Shown here: piece by piece, positions 25,201 to 40,200 of the stretch
How positions within the stretch are numbered: the stretch's first letter is position 1
Layout: every line of letters starts with the position of its first letter
Origin: Phoronis australis
Lineage: Eukaryota > Animalia > Phoronida
Assembly: GCA_002633005.1 (NCBI GenBank)
Contig: NMRA01000177.1
Coordinates: forward strand, 198,931-262,930
Direction: 5' to 3'
DNA: 64,000 nucleotides
The notes under the pieces: generated by a model
Database searches by the model: none
What the model saw: the letters and a program-made list of their open reading frames with translations, nothing else
What the model was told of the DNA's origin: nothing
Position numbers and translations under genes: made by a program

Positions 25201-28200
25201 CACTATAGAGCCACTAAGTTTCTATGAAGAGTAAGTGTAGACTGCACTACCTGGCACAAAACAAACATATCTTAAGAGTCTGGATCACAATTCCAAACGT
25301 TACCTGAGACTCTTTTGATGAGGAAGTGTGAATATTCCTGCAAGGTTGCGTTATGTTAAGATTAAATAACAAAAATCTTTTGTGTCTGGATTATTAAAAA
25401 CGTTGTCTTCTAAACTTCATGATTGCAAACTGGAAATACTATTTGGCTCCCCAAAGCCAGAGATTAAGTGGCATGAACGTTTTATGCTTGAATTATAATT
25501 CCAAAACACTGAGAATTTCAAAGTGGTGCACATAGGCATTGCCTGTAACTTGAGTCAGTAACGGAAACAGAATCCTAACACGATCAGAAACATTACGAGA
25601 CAGACTTTACGAAATGCCATAATTTAATTTTCGTGTTTCCGCCAGCTACACAGGCCAAAATGCAGCTTTTACAGCATTCTCTTTTAGAATAATTGATACT
25701 TACCAGCCAGTAAAACCAGTTACAGGCCACCTCATTTGAACTCAAGGCGATTTCACGTGACATTGTGAAAAGCCACCGACGTACAGAGATGCACGTTGCC
25801 GATGCCGTACTATAGTTCTGGACATAAACATTGTGTGGGAACTCATTAGGTCGGAGTTTACGTTCTGCAAGACAGAATTAAGAAGCAATAGGGTAAATTC
25901 TCATCAATTTAGGACAAAACATGGCTGGCAAGTGACATTTTGTTTTTTCATTTGTTCATGAAAGATAACAAGCACAAAATAAATGCTATTAAATTTTTAA
26001 AGATCAACACCACAGTTACCACCAGACTATAATTCTGAAATGGATTTTTATCATACTTCAGAATTTTTACTGACAGACATCATTATCTAGCCCTGCAACA
26101 GAGCCGATTATACGACTTCACGGCACGGTGGCAACCAACATAATGCAAAATCTCACCAATTCCAGACAAAAAGTGCTGAAAAATTGATGTTTTATATTTC
26201 CCAAATGTTTCAAACATTGTTGTGATAGCCCAAAATTTCACAAAACGTCATATGATGGCAGCTAAAGAACATATGTCTTGTGTTACTAATCTTGAAAAAA
26301 ATAAAGTTTCACTTGTCCACTGTATTGTGTTCTGAAGTGGTCAATTCTGACATTAAATGAATGGATTGATTGATTTAACAATGGTCATCAAAAAATACAA
26401 TACATAACACAATACAATGTATTAAGACAAGCATTTAGAGACAGATAAAACTATCAATGGTAAAAGTACATAAAAATAAATTAAGGACAATCAATGTACG
26501 TATGACACGAAAAAGTGAAAAAAAAAATAATTCCCACATGCTCTGCAAACTTTTTTGCTTTTGTCACTAAAATCTCGTCATATGTTCAGTGCTAATTACC
26601 AGTAGCTGATACAGAAAGGAGGGACAAGCGATGGTGTGATACTTCGTAACTTCTTGAATAAATGTATCCTTAATAGCAGCAAAGTGCTGAGATACTGCAT
26701 GCATAACAGACACATTCCCTCCTACTAGCCGTGTTCTTTGTAACAAAAAGTTGCTCTAAGCTTCATACCACTACCAAAGATTTCCAATAGAGCGCGCTGG
26801 TAGCTTTTTCTTACTTCATTTCGAGAAAAACTCCCGTGGGTGTTTTCTGGTGATGGGTGCTTTATCAGAAATCTCCAGGCTGTACTGCTGCACTAACAGT
26901 GCAAGACATTAAGTAATCAGACGGAATACCGTTAACAACAAAAATGGCTGGCTATAACTATTATGGGGCAATATTTTGATTACAAAATGGCTATGCCACA
27001 TTTCCAAGTTCCTTTTTAAATCCCCTTCATTTTCCGATGGTGAATTCGGCTTCTGTGCAGCCACCATGACGGGGAATCCCTGGTCATTTTGTCTGAATAC
27101 TTTTGGCTTGTACTGTACGTGCTGAACACCGATTCTCGTATGAGATGCCAGTCAAAGGCTGTCTTACCATTTAAACTTGGAGATCGGATATTGTTTAAGT
27201 ATTGTCCATATCGAGGTGGACAATTAGACGAATCTGCTGTGAAAATAAATGAAGCCGTGGAACAGAGCATGATTCAAGGAGAGAACTGGTGCTTTAAATT
27301 GGCAAACAAAGCCACTACAAACTCATCACTTGTCAAACAGCTAGCTTTTGATTAGACCACTCACCATGAAAAACTGGCCTCAAATTGTTCCTTTCTTATG
27401 TTACACGCGATTTCTGTACCTGGGAAAAGTGTTTTTGGCCGAGACCACGCTCAATAAGCTGACCTTGGTATATAGTCCTAAGCGTGAAAATTATTTGAAC
27501 GCCGCACACGGCAATAATACAGCAAACGAGATGAACAGAGGAGAGTGGTGTCAGAACTAGACTGACACTAGTTTTAGCTCTGCTGTTCCAACTGTTTACA
27601 AGCAGATAGCACTTGACTGACGTGACCTATGAGGTCAGGCTAATGATGATGTCATTGGTTCATAATAGAATACTAGAGAACATTCCAGGAGATTGTTCTA
27701 TAGGGTCAGGCTAGTGATGACCTAATTCGTATACATTAGAAAACTAGAGGACATTCTAGAAGAATGTTCCATCACATGAGTAATTAGAAAATAGAACCCT
27801 ATTCTGGAACATTTTAGAGCCTTGTTTGTGTGTCTGTGTGGAAATCTCCAAAGATCTAGAAAGAATTTGTTTATTGGTGAAAAATTCCAGAACCTTGTAA
27901 GAGACTATAAACACCAGGACACGAGTTCATAGCAGTCAATTGAGTTAAAGTTCAGTAAAAGTAGAGTTGAAACTATTTAAAATTATAAGTTAAGGTATCA
28001 ATTGAGTGGCAGCTACAGAAACAGAACTCTCACCTTTAGTCGGCAACAGTCTAATATAGCATGCTCATATTTTGAGAACTAGTTTGATGCCTGTAATTCA
28101 GAGGAGAAAAATGGTTCTCAAAATGCAGGCACATTGTATCAGACTATTACCCCTTTAGTCAATGGATGGCATGTTATCAAACCAACACGTAACAGTTCCT

Positions 28201-31200
28201 GAAGAGATTCACAAGTCACAGATTTTGTAGCACTAGCTGGCGCACAGAACCCACATTACATCAAATGATTCATTTGAGTTGACTTGTAAGGCTACCCTCG
28301 AGATTAATGAAATGATTAACATGCAACAGTCCTGAGTCTATCAGCACGTCGAAAGCTATTAGAACTGTTTAGTGACTACCTACAACCACCCATCCACTGG
28401 GTAAAATGTGACAAGTGGACTCACCAAATTTCTCATCTATAACCTCAAAGAGAGCAAAGCAGGAAGCCACATCGTCAGTCAGCCTCAGTTTGGCAACCAG
28501 CGCCTATAAATGCAGAATGAAAAAACTGACATTTCAAAGACCGTTAATAATTTAAATATATCATCTAAAACTTTCAGTGAGCTGGACAGTTTTCAGGGTG
28601 ATGCAATGACTTTCCCATGAGATATAGGACCCCAATTACAGGCTCTGTCTTCTTTATAGACTATTTAATATATATTATTTCAGTTTCGATGGTAGTTCTA
28701 TGAGATATAGGACTACAGCATGAGGGTCTATCTTCATTAAAGATTATTTAATAAATATCATTTCAATAATAATGAGTACCAATTATCAAAGGCATCATTT
28801 TGTATTTTTTCACGAAACAAAATACATGGCCCGTACGAGAAACCAATCATGCAACGGTAGTAAATACGACAAAAATACTTATCTATCACACCAAAGTAGT
28901 TCTCAGTATGATCATAGAAAACGAGCGGGAACTAAAGCTTTGTACATTGCGGTGATGCCATCTCATTTCATCAAGATGTCAAGAGGTCAAGATAGACTAT
29001 GACATTCTGAGAACGAGTTTGATGTTATCACTGAGGCATTGAAGAAAAACAAAAATGCAAGCGGTGTATACAAGAAAACCGGGTAATTTTGAAGTAAATA
29101 ATGATAAATATCAAAAATGAATCACTACTACAGCAAAATGAACTCATAATATGAAGTCAGCAGTAGATGAAAACAAGTTTATTACAACAGAACTTATGCA
29201 AAATGAGATACTACTGAATTGTTGCCAAACAATTTGAAAACAAAACAAAAGAACTAGTTTTTGTGGAATCATTATCGAGGGAATTAAATCAATAACATGA
29301 CTGGTAAATACACGAAAAACATTCACATAACTTGAATTAAAAAAACCATGCTCGCACCGAATAAACTTTCACTGTGTCGAAGCTTCGTTGAATCGTTACC
29401 ATGGCAACCGTTCTGTCGGGTAATAGCACCTTTAGCTCCACTTCATTGTTACTGTGAGTTGTGGAATTCTGCATGAAAATAAATCATTTTTAACATCTTA
29501 GACATTACCAACAACAATGCTGCGTACTCACTCGAGATCAGCCCGGAGATGTTTCGAACGCATGACCTCAGTGGTCGCAGTCCAACACTTTCCTAATAGA
29601 ACTAAAAGACAGCATGACAACTGGCCATGAATTTCAAGAGTATTAACTGATAAGGTCGGCAGCCTTGATTTCAACTGATTTTACCAAATGACTGGAAGCC
29701 AATGTTGGTCATGGCTGACTTCTAACAAATCCAACAATATTTACTGTTTTGTGAATCTGCTCAAAGCTAACAACTTCCCAAAGTCCATCCTACCCAACAA
29801 TAGCACCAGAAACACAAGTCTTGGCCCTAACGCCAATCGTGTCGCTTTAAGAATCCATTGGCCAACATACAGAACAACTCCCTTAACCTTCAGGCAAACA
29901 GAAATACAAAGAATGGATGATACGTCTCGCAGGGACACGGTCCACTTACTGAGTTGTCGTCAGCTACTGCCAAGAAGTCCTGTATTATATCACTCTCACC
30001 AATAACGCGAACAGCACACACTGGAAAAAAAGGCATTTAATATAACCCCAGTATTTATTAAGTCAAATTTTTACCAGCAAACAATGTTTGCATCAGGACG
30101 CAAATTTGCTGGATTTCCGAGTGCCATCAAATTTCGCCGCATTAATTCTGGAAAATTTATACATATGTTAGACGTTTGTTTACTCAATTGAAATTTCAAG
30201 ACAGACTGTTCTGAGTCAATGGCAGTATTGCAGCCTATTCTCTGGTGCTTATTTATTCATTTACACTGCACATAATAACAGAGTCTTGTTATTCACGGGT
30301 TTTCCTTCTATTATTATTATTAGTTTCCTTTTTCTAGAGCTTAACAACTCTCAAACAACTCAACTTTCAACTATGAAACTCTCCAACTATGTTCGAGGCA
30401 ACCATAAATTTATAAAATGGACTACTTCCCTACCTAACATCACAAAAATGCCAATCATTGAAATGAATATTCAAATTAAATCATCTCATATCGCCTAACG
30501 TATAGCGTTAACTAATACCATCCTCATTCAGCTTACTAACCTCTCTCCTAAGCATTGATGTAAACTCTGCCATCTCAACTTTGTATGTTTTCAGCTAATT
30601 CCCACCAACACAGCTCTCTCTCCTTATGTTCATCTCAGTACCACCCACTCACCTCTTGACACGTATTGCTCTAAGCCCCGCCTACTCACCTCTCTCCATG
30701 TATTGCTCTAAGCCCCGCCTCCTTGAGTCCAGCTGCTGTTCTGACAGCTTCAGCGGCCATTTGCCAGGCATTTTGGGAAAGTTGAAATCCACAAACTCCC
30801 TCTTCAGGTTGTTGTGCAAACTGGAGAATTCACTGTATCGCCTCGAACAGAGATGTCTACCAGCCATGTAAATATTGTACACCTGCAGAATACAGTGACC
30901 TACGAATCCTAACATTTCTCAAGTCAAAAGATTGCAAGTCCCTGTCAATCAAACAAACAAATAATCTACAGAAGTCAATCCAAGCTCTAAATTCCACTAT
31001 CAACTATAAGAAGTACGAATGTTTAAACCAATAAAAACATTAAATTAGGGTTAGCACTATAAGTTCAATCTCACAAAAATAGTGTTAACTCTCGACTTTA
31101 GAGACAATCGGCAAAGCAGAAACACAAGGCTTCTTGCTTGGCAAAATCAGACATGCCAATGTTTAGACTGTGCTAAATTCCAACCCAACTGTTATAGTCA

Positions 31201-34200
31201 TTGGAATTTTTGAAAATAAACATTTTCCAGCAAGTAGCACTTTACCAACTAGTTCACGTGCAAGATTTCATGGTCCTAGAAAACCTAAATCATTTGCAGG
31301 CAGGAGTCCACAAAATCACCACAGATGGTCTTACCTGGTCCACAGAGGTAACCATGAACCAAGGACATCGTACTATGTTCATACTCTACAGCTGAAGTGC
31401 CCTCTATGCTAGGGAAATCAAACTAGGGCTTCCTGAAATCTTAACCAACGTAGACTCACCACATATTTCTCTCCATGTTGTTCAACAGTTTGGTAGTCTG
31501 GTATTGAGATAGGTAGTGACCTCTTCTCTGAGTAGTCATACGAAGACGGACCTGAGGAGTCATCACTCGGTTCTAGTCGCTCCGCTACTTGCTTTGGCAC
31601 GGATATCACTGGAAATACAGATTATCAGCGTGACCTGACGAAAGCCTGGGGCTCAACCAGCAGCCATCATGGCCGTCATCGAAGTGGCCAGTTTTGAACA
31701 AATGGAGGCTTGGACAGAATGGAAACGAGATAAAAAAGATGGCCCATTTCAAGACAACCTCGACAAAGAAAATGGCTAAACAAAGAATTTTAAAATTACA
31801 ATGCGTTTTCTTAGTTCAATTGATATTTAGACATAATCAACATCACAGCTGTTACCACCTATGTCATCCTGACGATCCGCAAACGCTGGCAACCATGCCT
31901 TTTGGGCGAATACCTCCCCATCGTGTGACGTCAGGCTGACCTCATATGGAATCCCCGCATATGGAAGATTTGGAAACCAACTTTTTAAACTCCAGATGAG
32001 TCTCTAGCATAATACTAGTACTTTTCAAGCAGGATGAGATCATACCAAATTACACCTCAAGTAAAAAGTAAGACCTCTCTAAGATTTGGGAGGTACGCTC
32101 ACAAATTTACCAGCACACACTTCTAAAATAGTCACTGCCAAAAGTGACTGGGCAACCACTATTACAGCCCTCAAGATACTCACTCTTTCCATTAGTTGCA
32201 TATTAAGCAATCATTTCTCCTTGCATGTGTATTGTAGTTATTAGGCTAGCATGTTGCTTTCCTTGTCTCCCAACATGATTTATGAAAATGTAAACAATAG
32301 TGACACTTGGCCTTTATCAAATCAGGCTTGTACTAGTAACACTCCTAACACATGAGAGTATCAGCTGGAAAATGTTCTTCATAATTCACACAACAGAGGA
32401 CATCGACAAGGTCACACCATACATGTAGAGCTCTTGGTCAAAAAGTTATAGTTTCTTATGCGATAGAAACCAGGGGTTGTAAACAGTTATCTTTCTGAAC
32501 TTTGTAAACTTCCTGAACAGACAAATCAAGTGTGCAAACCACGGCTTCCAAGTGCCAAATTATAAAATGGCTTTTCTAAACAGCATAAAAATAAGAGCAC
32601 TGCCCTAGAAATCACTTGCTCCCTTGCTTACTTTTACTTGTAAAACCGAGCTGAGAGGAATAGGAGACACCTTTGTGCAATGCTCCAATGTCAGCCAGTA
32701 AAGCCAGGACTTGAACCCAGGTCTCCCAAGTGGGAGTCTGGAGTTCTAACCACTGAGCCACATTGTCTCCTCTTTTTTAAACATCAGTCCTACCAAACCA
32801 GAAGGTTGATTATATAGATTCAAGACATCACTAATAGATTGCGAGCTAGGACAACTATAACTCCCAGACTACGAGCCAAAAGTATTCAGACAGAATGACC
32901 CGGAATTCACCATCATGAAGGTGGGGTGGAAGACACAGCCATCAACAGAGTATCCTTAACCTGTGACTGACAATGAAAGGTAAAGATAGTAAGGTAGCTA
33001 AGGCCATTCTGTAATTAGAGTTTTGCTGTCCTAATAGATGCTAACAGTAATTTTTGCTGTTAACAGAATTAGCCAGCAGGACAGCGGGAGGGGGGTGGTG
33101 TTTGGTCTGATTACTTTTGTCTCGTACTGTAGTTGCTTGGACACTCAATTTCAGCATCTGGACTGTGGTTTCGATGAACTTTTTCAGTGGCTCTGTAAGC
33201 TGGGTAAACAGATTGCATGACAAACCTGTGACACATGGTAAGACTATCTGACGTGCAATCTGCTAAACCACACAATTCAATCACTTAATGAATAGAAAAC
33301 GGAGAGGAAGACCTGGGAGCGAAACCTTTGAATTCAGCATCAACCTCAAGTTTAAAGCAGCTATAAAACCTCTTTTCAACACAAAAACTATCACTGTGAA
33401 ATTGGCCAGAAATTGTTCCTTAGTCAAACTGGAGGGGATATCGGGGCTTTGAAAGAATCGCCAGTTCATTCTTGCTTGACATTGGGCTCTACAAGTTGGC
33501 TTGTCACGTGGCGTCACTTTAGGCGCCAAGAATTGTCTAATGGAACAACGAACTGTCGGTTCTTTCCAAACGCAGAAATCACTTCTCGTTGGTGTAAGGA
33601 ACAAGCAAAGTCCAATTTCGTTGAATTAAGCGGTCAAATAAAAACTTTTCTTTCTTCAATGTAACATGGGTTAAGTCGCTCCAATTTCAATATTTTCTGT
33701 CCAACTAAAATATGAACTCCAAATAAATGTTCTTGATTTTGAACTCCGATACAAGATGATCCAAACGGAGGACGGAAAAGTCCAAGTTTGCCTGACCACT
33801 AGATTCAAGCTAAAAACTGAAGTTTATACTCAATATTTTGAATTTAAACTGAAATATGTAGCTTCAATGTTAGGAACACATTCCAGTTTTTTCCTCATTT
33901 ACGCAAATCGTTTTGCACTTAAGCACAAAATTAAAGACACTAGCAAAGATGATACTAAAGTTGAACGGAAACGAACGAAATTAAGTTGGTGTAAGTGTTC
34001 AAAGGTTTGATACAAGGTCCAGCTTAAAGTGACAGTACAAGCTAAGTGTTCAGACAAAATGACCTACAATTCGTTGACATGACGTCTGGGCAGAAGCTGA
34101 ATTCGTTGTCAGAGTTGTCTCCCCTGATGACGAAGAATGAAGGGGAAGTAACACAAAAGTTAGTAAGGTGGCTCAGCCATTTTGCAAACACAATTTTGAT

Positions 34201-37200
34201 CCCGTAATAGTCAATGCCAGCCATTTTTACGGTTAACAAAATGAGCCGTCATGTTAGGAAAACGTAATTTAGCCCGATTACTTAGGTCTTGTACTGCATC
34301 TGTACCTAATTGCTTTAATCCTACCTGTTAGAGTGAGGGTGTCACCCCCTGATCGGATCAAATCAACAACATGTTTGTGAGTGGCGCCTTCAACGTTTTC
34401 ATTGTTGCTGTAAAGAACAATCAGCGACATGGAACAAGTTGCAACAAAGACAAATTCTGTTACATGAAAATTCTACTTTAACGAAGAACAAATTTTGTCT
34501 CGTTAAAGATGTTTCATACCACAAGGGACAAATTCTGTCACAAGAAAACTCTAAATTGACAAAAAACAAACTTTGTCTCATCCAAGATTTACAACATAAC
34601 AGACAAGTATTGTTACATTCTACATATACCAAAAGGGACAAAATTCTGTTAAGGTAAAACATCGACAATTTCAGACAAAAATAAGTGCCAAAATTGCTTT
34701 TTTCTGTGTTTTCAAGAGCAAAATTACTAGTTTTTCAAACCATTTACTAGTGGTAGCTATATGACGTAATGAGCATGATACACTGTCAATTGTCACATAG
34801 CGTTTGATTTCACTTTATTTCTGTTTCTGTTGACGAAGGATGTTATTATATCCGAAAATTTCAGTGATCCATTTTTGTTGTTTTATTTACAAATATTCAT
34901 TCTACTTTTCGACACACAAGCGTATCCTTTAGAGGATCTGGATCGCCTCTTTTAGTTTCAGATTTATTTTCTATGTTATTTATCAGAAAAGTTAGTAAAT
35001 TAAAAAAGGAGACAGTCGCACAAATGAAAAAGTTCCTATTAATCCGACGTTTCGTCTATTCATAAGACATCATCAGGATACAAACAATCAGATATCAACA
35101 AGTGTCGACATGCAAGTCAGGTTACATCCATGAAGTGAAATGAGTGCAACAACAATGGCAGGAAATAGTAAACAGGTCATCACCATAGCTATAGGGTCAC
35201 TGAGCCCTGCATGTTGTTCAGAGAACCAGATAGTCCTAACAAAGCTTTAGTATTTAAAATAAAACGCAAGTGTAAGCCCATCAAATGATAAGTGAAGCTG
35301 CCTTCTCGTGCCATCTTGTGCCATCCCAGCACAAACAACAAAAGGTTGTATTGAATAGGGGTCTGAATAGAACACCATTGCGTGCTGGTGTTATTTGCAG
35401 CTGTTTGAATTAAAGGCGATTCTGGAGGTGACGTAGACAAAAGCAAGCCAATATGCCTAACAGTTCGTTACATTTGGCAATTTATGGCACTATTGGGTTC
35501 AGAGCGATGCTCTTAACATACTGTAGGAATCAATTTTACATGCGTTACCATTGAAGATAACCTTTAATGTAAAGTAATTCCTTGACATGTTCTTTACAGA
35601 TTACACTGACTTTTGATTCTATTATGGCCAAAAACTAGAGACGTAATTAAAGTTAGTAACGGTGGCTGTGTCATTCTGTCGCCATGGTAATTATTTCCAG
35701 TCATTTTTGCTGTTAACAGAATAAGCCGTCGTGATGGAGAAATGGTATTTTGTCTGATAAACATTTGTCGTGTACAGTAGTTGAAGCACAATCCCAAAGG
35801 ACTGTTACACATACTCTTGCATAAGGTTTGTAGAGCTCCGTGCTCGGTTGCAACTGTTCATTCATTAACACAGACTTGATTAACAGGACTGTATTTTCTA
35901 ATGGACAGCTTTAGATACCAACAGAAATGCAGTCCTATTTTTGACCAAATTTAAATGAGGTTTAAAAACGTTATTTGAAAAACGAAATTGTGGGTACCAA
36001 AGCAACGAGTTTGCATATCACAACCGATGATCTTGAAAAGAGTTTTTATAATGGAAGGCAGATTCATAGCTACACAGCGTGAATTTTTCACATTTAGCTG
36101 TCAAACCCACGAGAGCTAGCCCAAGCAACATCACTGAAACAGTAATGTCCAAGTATGTAAATTGTCCTTCTCTAAGAAATTTGTAAGGTTCCCATGGCAA
36201 CAATCAATAGCCAAGAGTTCTTAAATATAAATCAACTCCACACGATTCTTCACAGATAACATGTTACCTGGAAATACCCATCAATTCATCAACTCAGATG
36301 CCTGATAATGAAACAATGACGGGAATTGGTCTCTTTCAACAAAGCAGTCAATTGTAATAAGTATGGTAAAACTTCTCCAGTTAGGGCACTGCCAGTCTCT
36401 AAAATTTGAGATGCAGAAATTCAAAGATAAAATGAATTTTTTCGATTCTATAGATTGAAACACTGTCAATTTTGGTGTTATTCAAATTTTCAAAAATTCA
36501 AGATGATTCTAGAGCCATACCCAATCATTCTATGCATATACACTAGGCTCCAGTTCTAGTATTCTATTGTAAACAAATCACAGCGTTACTGGTCTGACCT
36601 CATAGGTCATGTCATCTGCGAGTAAATAAATAGAACAGCAAAATAAAACTCAGAGCACTAAAACCAGTGCCAGTCTACTCCTGACACAAGTAAATCATGA
36701 CATATGTTTGTATTGATTGTATCAAATTGCAAACTGAACCCAGGGGAAAATAATTGTAACAGGAATTTTATCTTGTCATCAATGTTTCATCAGACTGCTC
36801 AGGCCCTTTCATACTAAATTAACTCTGATACAAGCGAGCAGAGTGTCCATGTAAACTGCGAAGTTAATTGAACTGTTCATACCAGCTTGGGTAGTTAACG
36901 ACATCGAAGAAAATCGTAGATGACGCTGTAGTTATTGAAGTAATCACAAGGTAGCGTTGATGCATCCCATGCTTGCTAGGATTTTTTAAAATGACAATTT
37001 GAGAACATTTACATGTGCTAAGCAATCTAAAATTTATTTCTAATTCCACTGGTGGTTATTCGAGGAAAATATAAGCAACTATTAGTAACGACATTGCCCT
37101 TTAATTGTTGAGAATAATAGTGGCCCCTGGCGATAACTTCGATGCCACCGAAGTTGACCGTTCATACCGCACCACCGCAGTGTCGAACTCCGCTGTTAAA

Positions 37201-40200
37201 TCCACCTATTTACTGTGAAGTTAACTGGTGCTGTTAACTTCGATCCAGGACCAAATTTAACCGTTCATACTGACCGCAACTTTCAAAACATCGACGTGTC
37301 GATACTAGTATGAAAGGGCCTTATGACACTTCCGTCCAAGTCCAAAAATCATCTCTTCTTATACCAAGGAAAGAATTGAGATAAGTTTCATAATGGTACG
37401 TGGTCTACATCATAAGCTATTATATTCAAGAAAAGTTTACATTTTTTCTAAAAGCAAACAGCCTGCAGAATTTCATTTCAGACTAATCATACTAATCTGT
37501 CGTTGACTTTTTATTAAAGTTTGCAAAAAAAAGTTACGATCATAGCAAAACTAAGGTATCAATTTCTGAGTTGTCATTCTGTTTTTGTTTCACACAACTT
37601 TTCACTTTTTTCATGAAAATCATAAACCTCTATTTCTGACAGCCCCTCATGCAAAAGTGGACCAGTTTTACGCACTTCACAAAACCGTTTTGGATTATAA
37701 TGCACAATTACAGCATGATATCTGAAAGTTTCACATGAATTCGATCAGCCATTTCTGAAATATGACGATCTGAAGTTAGCCAACTTAGGACATTTTTCTA
37801 GGGACTCACATAACTTTAAAATCTACTTGGAAACCACAATCTGATGTTAAAAGCATCAACTTCCTACACTGGTATATTTGTTCTTCCAAAGTAACATTAT
37901 TGCTCTTCGAATTGAAATTTCACAGGTGCAATGTTCAATTAAGCTGTTTATACAGATGGTTAAGCAGGGTAAATAGTTTACCATCAAAAACTTACCATCA
38001 AATTTACCATTATTTACAGGAATGTTGTGTTCTACAAACAGCACCATCGCCTTACAAATCAAGTACCTGCAGCCAGGCCTTTATCCAGGATTTTGAAAAT
38101 AGGGTGTCCAAAAAGGGGTTCCCAATATTCCAGGGCGTCCATGATTCCGACGCGTAACCCCCACACCCCCATTAATACCCCCAAACACACAGATTTTTTT
38201 ACAAAAAAATGCATAGATCAAGGTTTTTACATCTAAGTTTATAAAACAGCCTTCTATGGTGAACATTTTTACTAAAAAAACTGTGTAGACCAAGACTTAC
38301 AATGCTGTCAATCAAGTGTCAAAATAGCAACAATGCATAAACTTTGTATATAGTTTTTACATTGTATATTTCTTCCTGCTTTGAAAAAAGAGCCCCCACT
38401 GTGTGCCTTCAGAGGCTTCCTAGTATTCATTACAATGTGTGAGTCCAAACTTGAAAGGTTCCTATTGACAGTGGGCATCCAAATGATACATTGGGTGTCC
38501 TTGCCAGGGAGCTCAGATTAGTGCTAGGGGCGTCCGGATGGACATACGCTGCATGAAGGCCTGTCTGCAGCCATATTGGCTATGGCCAACTGACGACCTT
38601 TCATAAAAAGAATTTTAAAATTTTGGCAAATAAGCAATAGCAAAGATAAAATTCATTATTTCAAGACAAAATGTATTTCCAAAAATAGATGTCTATTATT
38701 TTACAAGAAATGAAGGAATTTTGGTCACATAACACTGCATTTCGCCATAATTACCTAGCTATAAAACGATAATCGGTCTGTCTTAAAATCAGCCCCTTAG
38801 CATTCCTTACCATGATAGGATTCTATTTTCAGTACCAACTCTCAAGCCACCCTCCATGCATACATTTGTCATTCATGAATGCACAATTAAGGTTGAGTAA
38901 CCCCTGCCAATAAACCCCAATAACTTTTGTTGAGTGGCTGATGGCTTGGATGTGAAATAGAAACCTATCAATGTAAAAAATACTGTGAGATGGATTTTAT
39001 GAGAGTAACATACCCAGTCTGATTTTTGTTTTAGTCAACTATACTGCCCTTCTTTTAAATACTGAAAAAATGTGAAATGCAAGAATCAGTTTGATTACAG
39101 TTTCAAGTTCCGTATCGTTTTGTGTTAATACTCTGTTTGGCTAAATGTCCACTGACGACTTTTAAGAAATTTCACTTTCAATTGAATCATGTTCTGTTGC
39201 CAACAGTCTAAGGCCTACCTAGTGATCATTTAGTTTATTGACTTTAACATCCTGAATGTCAAGCCGAACATGTACACAAGATTCACAAAACTGAGAATAA
39301 ACTGCTCATTAACATAATTTACGAGCACCTGAAGGTCTCGAACCCCACGTAAGGGACAGTTAATCTTTACACCTATGGTAGAGATATTGCATATTAAGTA
39401 CTAAGCGCTGTTACCTGACAATGTTGAATTCTAATCCATTTTTAATACACAATTTTCCAGTGGGCCAATCCCAACAAACTACGAAGCATTTTTTTGAGCC
39501 GCCGATGGTTTTGATGTTCTTGCTGGTAATGGAAATACAATCCTATCACAGTAACGAATATCATGAGGCCCAAGTCGATTTACATTTTTGTCAGCTAAAC
39601 AGGGCAAATGCGGCTTTAATTGATAGAGAGTGTGAAAACACTACCTAGAATTGATAATCCCACTGGTGTATGTGCCATACTGATGATACTGTCCCAGTCT
39701 TATCAATAACTGCGTGCTAAAATGTTCATTGTCTCATGAATAAATGTAATCATCTCAAAACCAGCATAATGCATGAAACAAAATCAATAGAGTAGGCTAT
39801 TAGCCATTTCAAAACTCATTTAGAATATGATATTGCTAAGAGCACAAAACAACGTTGTTTGGTTGTTTTTCAAGAAGCTTTAAGAAGAGCAGGGTTGAAA
39901 CAGAATCTGGTGCACAAGTGAAAATTTGTTTTTTTTCATTTTCTTCACTGAAGAAAAGTTAAACAAAAGCAATGCTTAACCGTTTTCAACTTTCGCACAG
40001 CAGCCATGAAACAACATCTTGACAACAGAGGACATTTACAGCAAGCATTAAATCCTATGAATACTGAAAAAGAGCATTTTTCGACCAAAATTGGTAATAT
40101 TGTATGAGGCCAAACAGACACTCAAACTAGTTGGGGTCTATGAATTTTTTAGAAACTTAATGCAGTGATACAATGATTTTTAGTTTTGCCTAATTTTCAA

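Noticed and set aside
32700-32772. tRNA-like A and B boxes (also at about 52320, 58105 and 29545)
   Set aside because: No complete cloverleaf, and shared non-tRNA tails mark them as SINE heads rather than tRNA genes.
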